This document shows positions 54,558-63,296 of a stretch of DNA of 64,000 nt, in pieces. The position numbers and the translations under genes were made by a program. Position 1 is the stretch's first letter. The number at the start of each line of letters is the position of its first letter. The stretch comes from Clostridia bacterium (GTDB taxonomy: Bacteria; Pseudomonadota; Gammaproteobacteria; Burkholderiales; SG8-39): contig JBLNDP010000059.1 of NCBI GenBank assembly GCA_050261755.1, positions 2,802-66,801 of the forward strand, in the 5' to 3' direction. The notes below the pieces were generated by a model. It did not search any database. It had not been told where the DNA came from and was given only the letters and a program-made list of their open reading frames with translations.

Positions 54558-56181
54558 GCAGGGAAACGGTGCGGTTGAAGACCGCCGCGTCGTGCCGGTC
54601 GCGAACGAAATAACCGTGTCTTTCGAACTGGATAGCGTCGAGCGAAGCGTCTTTCCCCAGCGCCGGCTCCAGCTGCGCGCTCACGGCCTTGACCGAGTCG
54701 GGATTGAGGTCTTCCACGCCGGCCGGCTCGGGGACCCGGAACAGGCGGTCATAGAGCCTTACTTCGGCGGGATGGGCATGGGCGGCGCTGACCCAGTGGA
54801 TGTTGCCCTTCACCTTGTACTGGTCCGCCCCCGGCGTCCCGGACCGCGAATCCGGCAGGTATTTGCAGTACACCACTCCATCCTTCATTCCGACGCATTC
54901 CACGACATAGGCGTACCGGAGCCTGACCTTGGCGCCCGGCGCCAGGCGGAAGTAGCCTTTGGGCGGGGTCTCCTGGTAGTCCTCCGCCTCGATCCACAGC
55001 TCGCGCGCGAAGGGCACCTGCCGCTTGCCCCACTCGGGCTTCTGCGGATGGTTCGGCACCTCCACCAGCTCTTCCTTGCCGGCGGGATAGTTCTCGACCA
55101 CGAGCTTCAGCGGCTCGAGCACCGCCATGCGCCGCGCCGCCACCTCGTTCAGGTGCTCGCGCATCGACTCCTCGAGCTCGCCGAACTCGATCACCTGGTG
55201 CGCCTTCGAGACGCCGATCTTGTCGGCGAAGCGGCGGAAGCCCTCCGGCGTGTAGCCGCGCCGCCGCGCGCCCGCGAGCGTGGGCATGCGCGGATCGTCC
55301 CAGCCGTCCACGTGCTTGCCTTCGACGAGCTCGATGAGCTTTCTCTTGCTCAGCAATAGATAAGTGAGATTCAAGCGCGCAAACTCGATCTGCTGCGGCA
55401 GCGGGCGCTCGAGCAGGCCGCCTTCGGCGAGCTTGTCGAGCAGCCAGTCGTAGAAGGGCCGCTGGTCCTCGAACTCGAGCGTGCACAGCGAATGCGTGAC
55501 GCGCTCGATCGCGTCCTCGATCGGGTGCGCGTAGGTATACATCGGATAGATGCACCACTTGTCGTCGGTCCGGTGGTGCGACGCCTTGCGGATGCGGTAG
55601 ATCGCCGGGTCGCGCATGTTGAGGTTCGGCGAGCGCATGTCGATCTTCGCGCGCAGCACGTGCGTGCCGTCCGCGTACTTGCCGTCCCTCATTTCCCGGA
55701 AAAGCTCCAGGTTTTCCTCAGGAGATCTTTTCCTGAAAGGGCTATCCCTGCCGGGCTCCGTGAAGGAGCCCCGGTTGTGGCGCATCTCCTCGGCCGACTG
55801 GCTGTCGACGTAGGCGTTGCCGGACGTTATGAGGTACTCGGCGCAGCGGTACATGAAGTCGAAGTAGTCGGAGGCGAAGAGCGGCTTGCCGCCGAAGTTC
55901 GCGCCGAGCCACTGCACCATCTCGACGATGGAGTCGACGTACTCCTGCTCTTCCTTCTCCGGATTCGTGTCGTCGAAGCGGAGGTTGCAGCGCCCGCCGT
56001 ACTCGCGCGCGAGGCCGAAGTTCAGGCAGATCGACTTAGCGTGGCCGAAGTGCAGGTAGCCGTTGGGCTCGGGCGGGAATCGCGTGACGATCGACTTGTG
56101 CCTGCCCGACGCCAGGTCGGCGTCGATCGCCTGCTTGATGAAGTTGCTGGTGGAGGCGGGACGGTCCGCGGGTTTCTTCAC
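54529..56181 (-). CDS. glnS: glutamine--tRNA ligase
   Basis: HIGH motif PEPNGYLHFGHAKS, RFDDTNP and an LLSKRKL (MSK-type) loop. 550 aa. Confidence 0.95.
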   Translation of the reverse strand: MKKPADRPASTSNFIKQAIDADLASGRHKSIVTRFPPEPNGYLHFGHAKSICLNFGLAREYGGRCNLRFDDTNPEKEEQEYVDSIVEMVQWLGANFGGKPLFASDYFDFMYRCAEYLITSGNAYVDSQSAEEMRHNRGSFTEPGRDSPFRKRSPEENLELFREMRDGKYADGTHVLRAKIDMRSPNLNMRDPAIYRIRKASHHRTDDKWCIYPMYTYAHPIEDAIERVTHSLCTLEFEDQRPFYDWLLDKLAEGGLLERPLPQQIEFARLNLTYLLLSKRKLIELVEGKHVDGWDDPRMPTLAGARRRGYTPEGFRRFADKIGVSKAHQVIEFGELEESMREHLNEVAARRMAVLEPLKLVVENYPAGKEELVEVPNHPQKPEWGKRQVPFARELWIEAEDYQETPPKGYFRLAPGAKVRLRYAYVVECVGMKDGVVYCKYLPDSRSGTPGADQYKVKGNIHWVSAAHAHPAEVRLYDRLFRVPEPAGVEDLNPDSVKAVSAQLEPALGKDASLDAIQFERHGYFVRDRHDAAVFNRTVSLRDSWGKTGV

Positions 56182-56200
56182 CCGCCGATTTTACAGGCCG

Positions 56201-57157
56201 CTAGTCGACCTTGATTCCGGCCGTCTTGATGAGCGGCCACCATTTCTCGATCTCGGACTTCTGGTGGGCCGCGAGCGCCTCGGGCGTCTGGCTCTCGCGC
56301 GGCGGGATCTCCTGGCCGAGGTCGGCCAAGCGCTTGCGCGTGTTGGGATCGGCAAGGGCTTCGACGATGGAGGCGTTCAGGCGCTGAATCACCGGCGCCG
56401 GCGTGGCCTTCGGCGCCCAGATGCCGTGCCAGACGGCCATGTAGTAGCCGGGAAGGCCCGCTTCGTCCACGGTCGGGATTTCCGGCGCCGCGAGGAGGCG
56501 CGTCTTCTGCGTCACCGCATAGGCCTTCACCTTGCCGGAACGCACGAGCGGCAGCGAGCTCGCCGCCTGGTCGAAGGAGATGTCGATGTGGCCCGCCATG
56601 ACGTCCGCCATGGCGGGCGCGGCGCCTCGGTAGTGGACGATCTGCAGGTCGGGCGCCACGTTCTTCTGCAGGTACACGCCGCTGATGTGCGACGGCGTTC
56701 CGGCGCCGCCGGTGCCATGCGTCGCCGGGTTCGCCTTGAGCCAGGCGAGCAGCTCCTTCAGATCCTTCGTCGGGAGCGTGGTCCGCGACACGATGATCTG
56801 CGGGTTGGTCGCGATCATGGCGACCGGAGTGAGATCGGTGAGGAGGTCGTACTGCAGCGGGTAGATCGCGCCGTTCACCACGTGCGTGCCGATGTGGCCG
56901 ATGCCGAGGGTGTAGCCGTCGGGCGAGGAGCGCACGACGCGCCCCACGCCGATGCTGCCGCCGGCGCCGGTGGTGTTCTCCACCACGACCGTCTGGCCGA
57001 GGGCCCGCGTCATGCGCTCGGCCATGATGCGGGCGATGGTGTCGGTCGGGCCGCCGGCGGAGAAGGGCACGACGATGGTGACGGCGCGCGCCGGGAAGTT
57101 CTGCGCGCAGGCGATCGAGGCGGCGAGGCAAGCGAGCAGGGCGGCGAGCAGCCTCAT
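56201..57157 (-). CDS. Bug/TctC family tripartite tricarboxylate transporter substrate-binding protein (orphan)
   Basis: Signal peptide, then FPARAVTIVVPFSAGGPTDTIARI...VVVENTTGAGGSIG. ATGA overlap with the upstream kinase gene. Confidence 0.85.
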   Translation of the reverse strand: MRLLAALLACLAASIACAQNFPARAVTIVVPFSAGGPTDTIARIMAERMTRALGQTVVVENTTGAGGSIGVGRVVRSSPDGYTLGIGHIGTHVVNGAIYPLQYDLLTDLTPVAMIATNPQIIVSRTTLPTKDLKELLAWLKANPATHGTGGAGTPSHISGVYLQKNVAPDLQIVHYRGAAPAMADVMAGHIDISFDQAASSLPLVRSGKVKAYAVTQKTRLLAAPEIPTVDEAGLPGYYMAVWHGIWAPKATPAPVIQRLNASIVEALADPNTRKRLADLGQEIPPRESQTPEALAAHQKSEIEKWWPLIKTAGIKVD

Positions 57158-58917
57158 GGCTTCTTGATCACCCTTTCGAAGTCGTCATCCACGCCGATCG
57201 CGTAGCGCGCGAGGTCGTCGATCACGGACTCGAGCAGCGGCGGCGGGATGCGGGCTTGCACGCGCCCGACGCGCCGCACGTTCACCAGCTCGACCAGGAC
57301 CTGCGAGGCGTTGTAGTCACCGCGCACATGGATCTCCGCCGGCAGGCCGCCGGTGACGAGGAACGTGGCGCGCGTGATCTTGCCGGCCTCGTTGCGCGCC
57401 TCCGGCTGCGCCTTGAATGCCGTTTGCAGCGACTCGAGATAGGTCTTGCAGCGCAGGATGTCGTCGCCGCCCACGCTCGCCCGCGCCGGCTCGACCGGCG
57501 TCGCGCGGAAGCGCAGCGACACGGCTTCGACGACGTTGCGTCCTTCCACGAAGAGCGGCCGCGCCTCGATGCGCGCGTCTTCCAGCTTCACGGCCGGAAT
57601 CTTTCCCAGGTAGACGAACTCGTACGAGCGTCCGGAAACCGGATGCACGGTATTTAGCTCTTTGGCGAGCTGCTCCAGGTACTGTCGCGCCGCGCGCAGG
57701 CCCGCGTCGAGGGCGGCGACGGCGCGCTGGCGAACTTCGCGCGGATCTTCCTTGGGCGCCTGGGCCGTCTTCTGCGTGCGCAGGGCCTCGAGGGCGCTCG
57801 GCTTGCGCACCATGGTCGCGCCGCGCGGATCGGTCTCGCCGGCGGGTTCCTGGCCCCGCTCGAACGCGGCGCGCTTCGCCATTTCCGTCTCGCCCCAGCG
57901 CTGCAGCTCGGCGGCGCGGCGCGCGATGGCCTCCTGCTCGGCCCGGATACGCGCGCGCTCTTCCTCCTCGAAGTTATGCGCGAAGCGGTCGAGGTCCTGC
58001 ATCAGCCGGTCGCGCGCTTCCTGCTCCTGCGGCGTGGCGGGGCGCGCCACCGTCTGCTGCACCGGCGGCGGTGGCGCCGCCTGCAGCGTCGGCTGGTTGA
58101 CCACGGTCTTCTCGAGCGAAGCCGCGCTCGGCGCGGCCGGTCCGCCGGCGAGCGACTTGTAGCGCCGCAGGTCGGCGGACATTTCGCCGGCGCGCTGGTA
58201 GCGCTGCTCGGGCTTCTTCGCGAGCGCCCGCGCGAGGATGGCGTCGAAGCCGGCCGGAACGGACGAATCCACCTCGCTCGCCGCCACGTGCGGCTCGCCG
58301 GCGATCCGGTGCATCATCGTGAACACGGTCGTGTCGGTCGGGCGCTCAAAGGGCGTCTTGCGCACGAGCATCTCGTAGAGCACCACGCCGAGCGAAAAGA
58401 TGTCCGAGCGCGGGTCGACCGGCAGGCCGAGGACCTGCTCGGGCGACATGTACTTCGGCGAGCCGAGCGCGGCGCCGGTCTGCGTCATCGAGGAGGATTC
58501 GACGTGCGCGACGCCGAAGTCGGTGAGCTTCGCGCGCCCGGTCGGGCCGACCATGATGTTCGCGGGCTTCACGTCGCGGTGCACGATCTTGTAGGCCTGC
58601 GCCGCGTCGAGGGCATCGGCCACCTGGGCGACGAGCTCGGCGACGGTATCGAAGGGCAGGCGCGGGTCCTCGCGCAGGATCTGCTGCAGCGAGCGCCCCT
58701 CGAGCAGCTCCATGGCGATGTAGGCGACGCCGTCCTGCTCGCCCACGTCGAAGATGGTGACGATGTTCGGGTGGTTCAGCCGGCCGGCGGAGCGCGCCTC
58801 GCGGATGAAGCGCTCGCGCACCTCGTCCATCACCTCGGGCGGCAGGGTGGGAAGCAGCGTCTTGATGGCGACGTCCCGCTCGATGAGCGGGTCGGAGGCG
58901 CGGTACACGGCGCCCAT
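57154..58917 (-). CDS. Hanks-type serine/threonine protein kinase with an uncharacterised C-terminal region; the true start is probably upstream at 58968 (AUC)
   Basis: Motifs VAIK, HRDVKPAN, DFG and SPEQ. The ATG at 58917 lies inside the Gly-rich loop (…GELGRGA|MGAVY). No transmembrane segment. Coiled-coil region, then an unknown domain of about 190 aa. Confidence 0.85.
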   Translation of the reverse strand: MGAVYRASDPLIERDVAIKTLLPTLPPEVMDEVRERFIREARSAGRLNHPNIVTIFDVGEQDGVAYIAMELLEGRSLQQILREDPRLPFDTVAELVAQVADALDAAQAYKIVHRDVKPANIMVGPTGRAKLTDFGVAHVESSSMTQTGAALGSPKYMSPEQVLGLPVDPRSDIFSLGVVLYEMLVRKTPFERPTDTTVFTMMHRIAGEPHVAASEVDSSVPAGFDAILARALAKKPEQRYQRAGEMSADLRRYKSLAGGPAAPSAASLEKTVVNQPTLQAAPPPPVQQTVARPATPQEQEARDRLMQDLDRFAHNFEEEERARIRAEQEAIARRAAELQRWGETEMAKRAAFERGQEPAGETDPRGATMVRKPSALEALRTQKTAQAPKEDPREVRQRAVAALDAGLRAARQYLEQLAKELNTVHPVSGRSYEFVYLGKIPAVKLEDARIEARPLFVEGRNVVEAVSLRFRATPVEPARASVGGDDILRCKTYLESLQTAFKAQPEARNEAGKITRATFLVTGGLPAEIHVRGDYNASQVLVELVNVRRVGRVQARIPPPLLESVIDDLARYAIGVDDDFERVIKKP

Positions 58918-59020
58918 GGCGCCGCGGCCCAGCTCCCCGACAATCTTGTACCGGCCGAGGGTGTTGATTTCGTGCTCCCCTTAGAGCCGGAATGATAGCC
59001 AAAAAGCCGGTTGAAACGTC

Positions 59021-59797
59021 TTACATTTGCCTGAAAAGTTCCGCGTAGATGCGGCTCACCGGGATCGTTTCCTTCCGGCCGTGCAAACGCAGCGAAATAC
59101 GCCCGGAATCGTCTCGCACGGCCGCTTCCACGGCCGCGAGGTTGACGATCGTGCCGCGGTGCACCTGCGCGAAGCGGCCTTCCGGCAGCTGCGGCAGCAG
59201 ATCGCGCAGCGCGAGGCGGATGAGCGACTCGCCGTCCGCAGTGACGACCGCCGTGTACTTGTCGGTCGCCTTGAAGTAGCGGACATCGTTGATGGGAATC
59301 ATCTTTACCGTGTTGCCGCTGCCCGCGCGCAGGACGGTGAGCGGCGTGCCGGCCTTGTGCGTTCCCTGCAGCACGCTGCGAAGCTGCGCGACGAGATCCT
59401 GCGCGGCGGGCGGCGCGGCCAGGCGCGCCTTGAGCCGCTCGATCGTGCGCGCGAGGCGCTCCTCGACCACCGGCTTGAGGACGTAGTCCGCCGCTGCCAG
59501 CTCGAAGGCGCGCACCGCGAACTCGTCGTACGCGGTGACGAAGACGATGGCGGGCGCGCGCTCCTCGGCGCCGAGGCGATCGACGATTTCCTCGGCGACC
59601 TCCAGCCCGCCGAGGCCCGGCATGCGGATGTCGAGGAAGGTCACGTCCGGACGCTCGCGCTCCAGCAGCGCCAGCGCCTCGTCGCCGTTCGCGGCGATGC
59701 CCCGCACCTCGAGCTCCGGCCAAAGCCGCGCGAGGAGCCCTTTCAGGTATTCGGCAAGAAGCGGCTCATCCTCGGCAATGACGGCACGAACGCTCAT
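59021..59797 (-). CDS. LytTR-family response regulator
   Basis: Internal Met (MSVRAVIAEDEPLL) of ORF 59021..60490. Acceptor region DVTFLDIRMPGLGG. LytTR motif VHRGTIVNL. Confidence 0.9.
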   Translation of the reverse strand: MSVRAVIAEDEPLLAEYLKGLLARLWPELEVRGIAANGDEALALLERERPDVTFLDIRMPGLGGLEVAEEIVDRLGAEERAPAIVFVTAYDEFAVRAFELAAADYVLKPVVEERLARTIERLKARLAAPPAAQDLVAQLRSVLQGTHKAGTPLTVLRAGSGNTVKMIPINDVRYFKATDKYTAVVTADGESLIRLALRDLLPQLPEGRFAQVHRGTIVNLAAVEAAVRDDSGRISLRLHGRKETIPVSRIYAELFRQM

Positions 59798-60294
59798 GCC
59801 GCCAAGGGTACGCGTGCGCGGCCCAGGATGCCGAGGGCGCGGGCGGCGAAGAAGCCGCTCGAGGCGCCGTACGCCGCGGCCGCGGCGGCGATAAAAAGCG
59901 CGCTCTCGTGCAGCGACGCGTCGATCGCGAGGCCGACATTGATCGCGTAGCGCAGGAAGAACACGACGAGGATGGCGGCGAGCGGCATCCAGCTGCCCGG
60001 GACGACGAAGGCGCCGCTGCCCGGCGCGTAGCGGGCGTCGCGGCCCAGCCCCATCGCGGCAAAGATCGCGGTCGCGGCGAGGAGCGCGGCAGCCCATTGC
60101 GCGAGCACCGCGGCGCTGTCGCCCAAGCCGCTCAGCACGCCATAAAGGGAGAAGGCCCCAAGGGCAAGGGGCGCCACGAGGACGCGCCGGGCGCTGATCG
60201 CGCGAGTCCGGGTTTGCCAGATGCCGAGTGCAAGCAACGCGACGAAGAGCACGTAGACCCAGGCGGGCGTGCGCTGGAGGATCTGCAGGATCAT
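59794..60294 (-). CDS. hypothetical integral membrane protein encoded between the kinase and regulator genes
   Basis: Four to five hydrophobic helices. 4-nt overlaps with both flanking two-component genes. Confidence 0.6.
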   Translation of the reverse strand: MILQILQRTPAWVYVLFVALLALGIWQTRTRAISARRVLVAPLALGAFSLYGVLSGLGDSAAVLAQWAAALLAATAIFAAMGLGRDARYAPGSGAFVVPGSWMPLAAILVVFFLRYAINVGLAIDASLHESALFIAAAAAAYGASSGFFAARALGILGRARVPLAA

Positions 60295-61370
60295 GGTCTG
60301 TCTCCGAGGGGCAGGGTAACGGTGGCGAGCGCGCCGCCGCCGGGATTGGGGACGATCTCGAGCGATGCTCCGGGTCCGTACACCGCGGAAAGGCGCTCAC
60401 GGACGTTCTCGAGGCCGACGCCCTTTCCGCCGGCGCCCGCGCCCAGGCCAAGGCCGCTGTCCGCGACTTCGATGACCAGGCGGCCTTCATTCGAAAACGC
60501 GCGCACCTGCACGCTGCCGCCGTCGACCTTGGGCTCGAGGCCGTGCTTGATCGCGTTTTCGACGAGCGGCTGGAGGAGGAGGGGCGGGATCTTGGCGGCG
60601 GAGAGCTCCTCCGGCAGCGACAGCGTGTAGGCGAGGCGCGGCCCCATCCGCACGGCCACGACCTCGAGGTAGCCGCGCAGAAGGGTGAATTCCTCCGCCA
60701 GCGTGGCGACGCCCTTGCGGGTGCCGGCGAGCGTTGCGCGCAGGTAGTCGTTCAGGTGCTCGAGCATCTTTTGGGCACGCGCCGGGTCGGAGCCGATGAG
60801 CGAATGCAGGTTGGCGAGCGTGTTGAAGAGGAAGTGCGGCTCGATCTGCGCCTGCAGGGCCTCCAGCCGTGCCTGCGCCTCGGCGCGCCGCGCAGCTTCC
60901 GCCTGCAGCCTGAGCTCCGCCAGCCGCTCGCGGTTCATGAAGTACGCGCAGGCGACAATGCCGGCGAAGAAGGTGATGACGCCGCCCGTGACGAGCGCGT
61001 TGCCGGTCAGGTTGGTGCGGACCGGGTAGCCGAGAAGAAGGGATCCCGCGGTGCTGCCAAGGACGTAGCCGACGGCGATGCCGACCGCGGTCAGCGCCAT
61101 GAGGGCGGCCGAGGGCGGGATGCGCGGGCCCCAGACGAGCCGGCGCGTCACGTCGATGAGCAGCAGGATCGAAAGCCCGATGCAGTTGCTGTAGACCAAG
61201 GTCTGGCTGAGGGGATGGCGCTGCGCCAGGGCGAGCCCGACGGCGATGACGGTGTTGAACGCAACGCCGAGGGCGATGTTGCGCGGCAAGGTGGCGAAGG
61301 CGGCGGCGATCGGCACGGGACGGCTCTGGGCGGCGGGAAGCTTAACCGACGGGGCCTGGGCCTGAAGCAT
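60291..61370 (-). CDS. LytS/YehU-type sensor histidine kinase
   Basis: N-terminal polytopic membrane domain. His_kinase motif EPHFLFNTLANL. HATPase LVENAIKHG and DSGLG. Confidence 0.85.
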   Translation of the reverse strand: MLQAQAPSVKLPAAQSRPVPIAAAFATLPRNIALGVAFNTVIAVGLALAQRHPLSQTLVYSNCIGLSILLLIDVTRRLVWGPRIPPSAALMALTAVGIAVGYVLGSTAGSLLLGYPVRTNLTGNALVTGGVITFFAGIVACAYFMNRERLAELRLQAEAARRAEAQARLEALQAQIEPHFLFNTLANLHSLIGSDPARAQKMLEHLNDYLRATLAGTRKGVATLAEEFTLLRGYLEVVAVRMGPRLAYTLSLPEELSAAKIPPLLLQPLVENAIKHGLEPKVDGGSVQVRAFSNEGRLVIEVADSGLGLGAGAGGKGVGLENVRERLSAVYGPGASLEIVPNPGGGALATVTLPLGDRP

Positions 61371-61599
61371 GCCGCCAGTGTGGCGCCGCCCCTGCGTCGA
61401 GGCGAGCGGACTGCGACGGACTGCGGGAATCGGGGTCCGAAATGCAGGCGCGGCGGACTAACCCTCGCGCGGACGCCTGACATATAGCGAACGACAGTGC
61501 GCATCGGGGCATGCACCGGGGCAGGGCACGCCCATTGCTCGTAACTTCACGCGCATAAGTTGAGCGCGTCGACATCCTTCAATTCTTCCAGCGCAGCGC

Positions 61600-62109
61600 A
61601 TGGCCGCCCGACTCCTTCCCCGCACCCTTCCCGACCTCTACGCCCACGCCCTCGTCCTCGAGCGGCAGGCGACGCGGCGCTTCGAGGTCTTCGCGCGCTG
61701 CATGCGCGAGGTCGGCCTCGACCACCTCGCGGAGGAATTCGAGGCGATCGCGAAGGAAGAGCGCGAGCAGTACGAGCTGATCGCCGAAGGCACGGCCAAC
61801 GCAAAGCTCCCGGAGCCGGAGCCCTGGGAGTACGCCTGGCACTACATGGGGCCCGACGGCGACGTCGTGGCGGCGCCGCGCAGCGCGCGGGACGTCCTCA
61901 AGCTGGCCGTTTCGTCGGAGCGGCGCACGCAGAACTTCTACGCCGACGTGGCCGAGAACGTGAATGACGACGCGGTGAGCGCTTTCGCGGCCGAGATGGC
62001 GGCCGACGAGAGCCGGCACGTCGAGCGGCTCGAGCGCCTGCTGGCGCGCGAGCCCGAGCCCGCGTCCGTGGAAGACGACGCGGAAGCTACCCTTCGCGTG
62101 GGCCGGTAG
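61600..62109 (+). CDS. ferritin-like/rubrerythrin-family protein
   Basis: Four-helix-bundle repeats with EEFEAIAKEE and AADESRHVERLE (ExxH) motifs. Confidence 0.65.
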   Translation: MAARLLPRTLPDLYAHALVLERQATRRFEVFARCMREVGLDHLAEEFEAIAKEEREQYELIAEGTANAKLPEPEPWEYAWHYMGPDGDVVAAPRSARDVLKLAVSSERRTQNFYADVAENVNDDAVSAFAAEMAADESRHVERLERLLAREPEPASVEDDAEATLRVGR

Positions 62110-62112
62110 GCC

Positions 62113-62742
62113 TCAGAGGCGGATTTGCCACTCCCCGCTGCCCTGGCGGCAGGCGACGCCTTTCATCGTGGTCTCGCCGTGACCTTTCTTATGTCCCTTG
62201 CCTTTGCCCTTGCCCGGGCCGCGGCGCTCGTCATCGCCGCCTCCCGCCACCGCTAGGGCGGTGAACTCGCGGCAGGGATTGCGCTGGTCGCCGAAGTTGC
62301 GGGTCGGGGTGAGCCGGTAGGTCACGCCGGTGTGGGCGTTCGTCCAGACGACGGTCTTCTGCTCGCCGGCGAGCTCGAACGCGTGGCCCATGCAGCCCTG
62401 GTCGGAGGCGTCGATGTCCGCGCCGATCTGCGAGCCGATCACCGAGCCGAGAACCGTGCCGATGACGATGGCCACCGGCCGGTCGTTGCCCTTGGCGACG
62501 TTGGCCCCGATGATGCCGCCCGTCGCGCCGCCGAGCACTGCGCCGACGGCGGCGGTGTTGCAGCGGCCCTCGAGAATGCCGTAGTCCTGGTCCCATTTCT
62601 TGCCGGTGTAGCCGACATAGTTGGGGTCGTTCTTCTTCCGCCAGCCATGCGCCGGCGCCCAGGGCGGCGGATCGGCGGGGGCGGGAAAGGCTATGCAGGC
62701 AAGGATCGCGAGGAGCGCGGCGCGAGACAGCTTCTTCTTCAT
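62113..62742 (-). CDS. glycine-zipper outer-membrane lipoprotein (17-kDa surface-antigen-like)
   Basis: Lipobox AILAC. Glycine zippers GAVLGGATGGIIGANV and GTVLGSVIGSQIG. Basic GKGKGKGHKKGHG stretch. Confidence 0.7.
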   Translation of the reverse strand: MKKKLSRAALLAILACIAFPAPADPPPWAPAHGWRKKNDPNYVGYTGKKWDQDYGILEGRCNTAAVGAVLGGATGGIIGANVAKGNDRPVAIVIGTVLGSVIGSQIGADIDASDQGCMGHAFELAGEQKTVVWTNAHTGVTYRLTPTRNFGDQRNPCREFTALAVAGGGDDERRGPGKGKGKGHKKGHGETTMKGVACRQGSGEWQIRL

Positions 62743-62780
62743 GGGAACCTCCCGTGGTGCTGGGTTCCCTACAGTCTACG

Positions 62781-63275
62781 TCAACGCCGCGTACGCCGGT
62801 TGGAGCCCACGGAGGCGTTCGTGAACTCGTCCACGCCGAGCGATTTTTCGGCTTGCAGGACGATCTCGGTAGCGGTGGCCGCGTCATAGAACAAGCCGCC
62901 GTTTCGGGCAATGACCCGCATGCGGGTCGCCTTGTCGCTGATCGGCTCCAGCTCGATCTCGATGCTCCGCTCGCGGGCGCTGCCCTCGATGAGCTCGCTC
63001 TTCTCAGTATTGGCCAGGCGATCGACGTGGATCCCCATCCGGTCGAGCGTGTCGAGGGTCGCGACCTTGACCTCGTCGAGCGTGTGGGTGAACGTGCGGT
63101 AGGCGGTGCCGTTCATGCTCTGGGCGATCGCCGTGGAGGTGCCCGCGCCGGCGAGCGCGACCGCGAGCGGCTGCGTCGCGAGCGAGCAGGCCGAGAGGCC
63201 GAGCGCAGCGGCCATAATGACGAAGTGCCTTCCCTCCACGCTGCAACCGTGACTGGCGCGGCAAGAATGTTCCAT
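62781..63275 (-). CDS. DUF3568-like lipoprotein
   Basis: Part of ORF 62781..63839. Lipobox LSAC. Pattern ...GTAYRTFTHTLDEVKVATLDTLDRMG...IELEPISDKATRMRVIARNGG. Start at 63275 or 63215. Confidence 0.55.
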   Translation of the reverse strand: MEHSCRASHGCSVEGRHFVIMAAALGLSACSLATQPLAVALAGAGTSTAIAQSMNGTAYRTFTHTLDEVKVATLDTLDRMGIHVDRLANTEKSELIEGSARERSIEIELEPISDKATRMRVIARNGGLFYDAATATEIVLQAEKSLGVDEFTNASVGSNRRTRR

Positions 63276-63296
63276 CCCGGGCGCTAGTTCCGAAGG

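Noticed and set aside
61407-61425. Tandem direct repeat CGGACTGCG-a-CGGACTGCG just upstream of the LytS kinase start, considered as a LytTR binding site.
   Set aside because: Known LytTR sites are AT-containing 9-bp repeats separated by about 12 bp. These copies are adjacent, GC-rich and only 9 nt long, so chance or local slippage is more likely.
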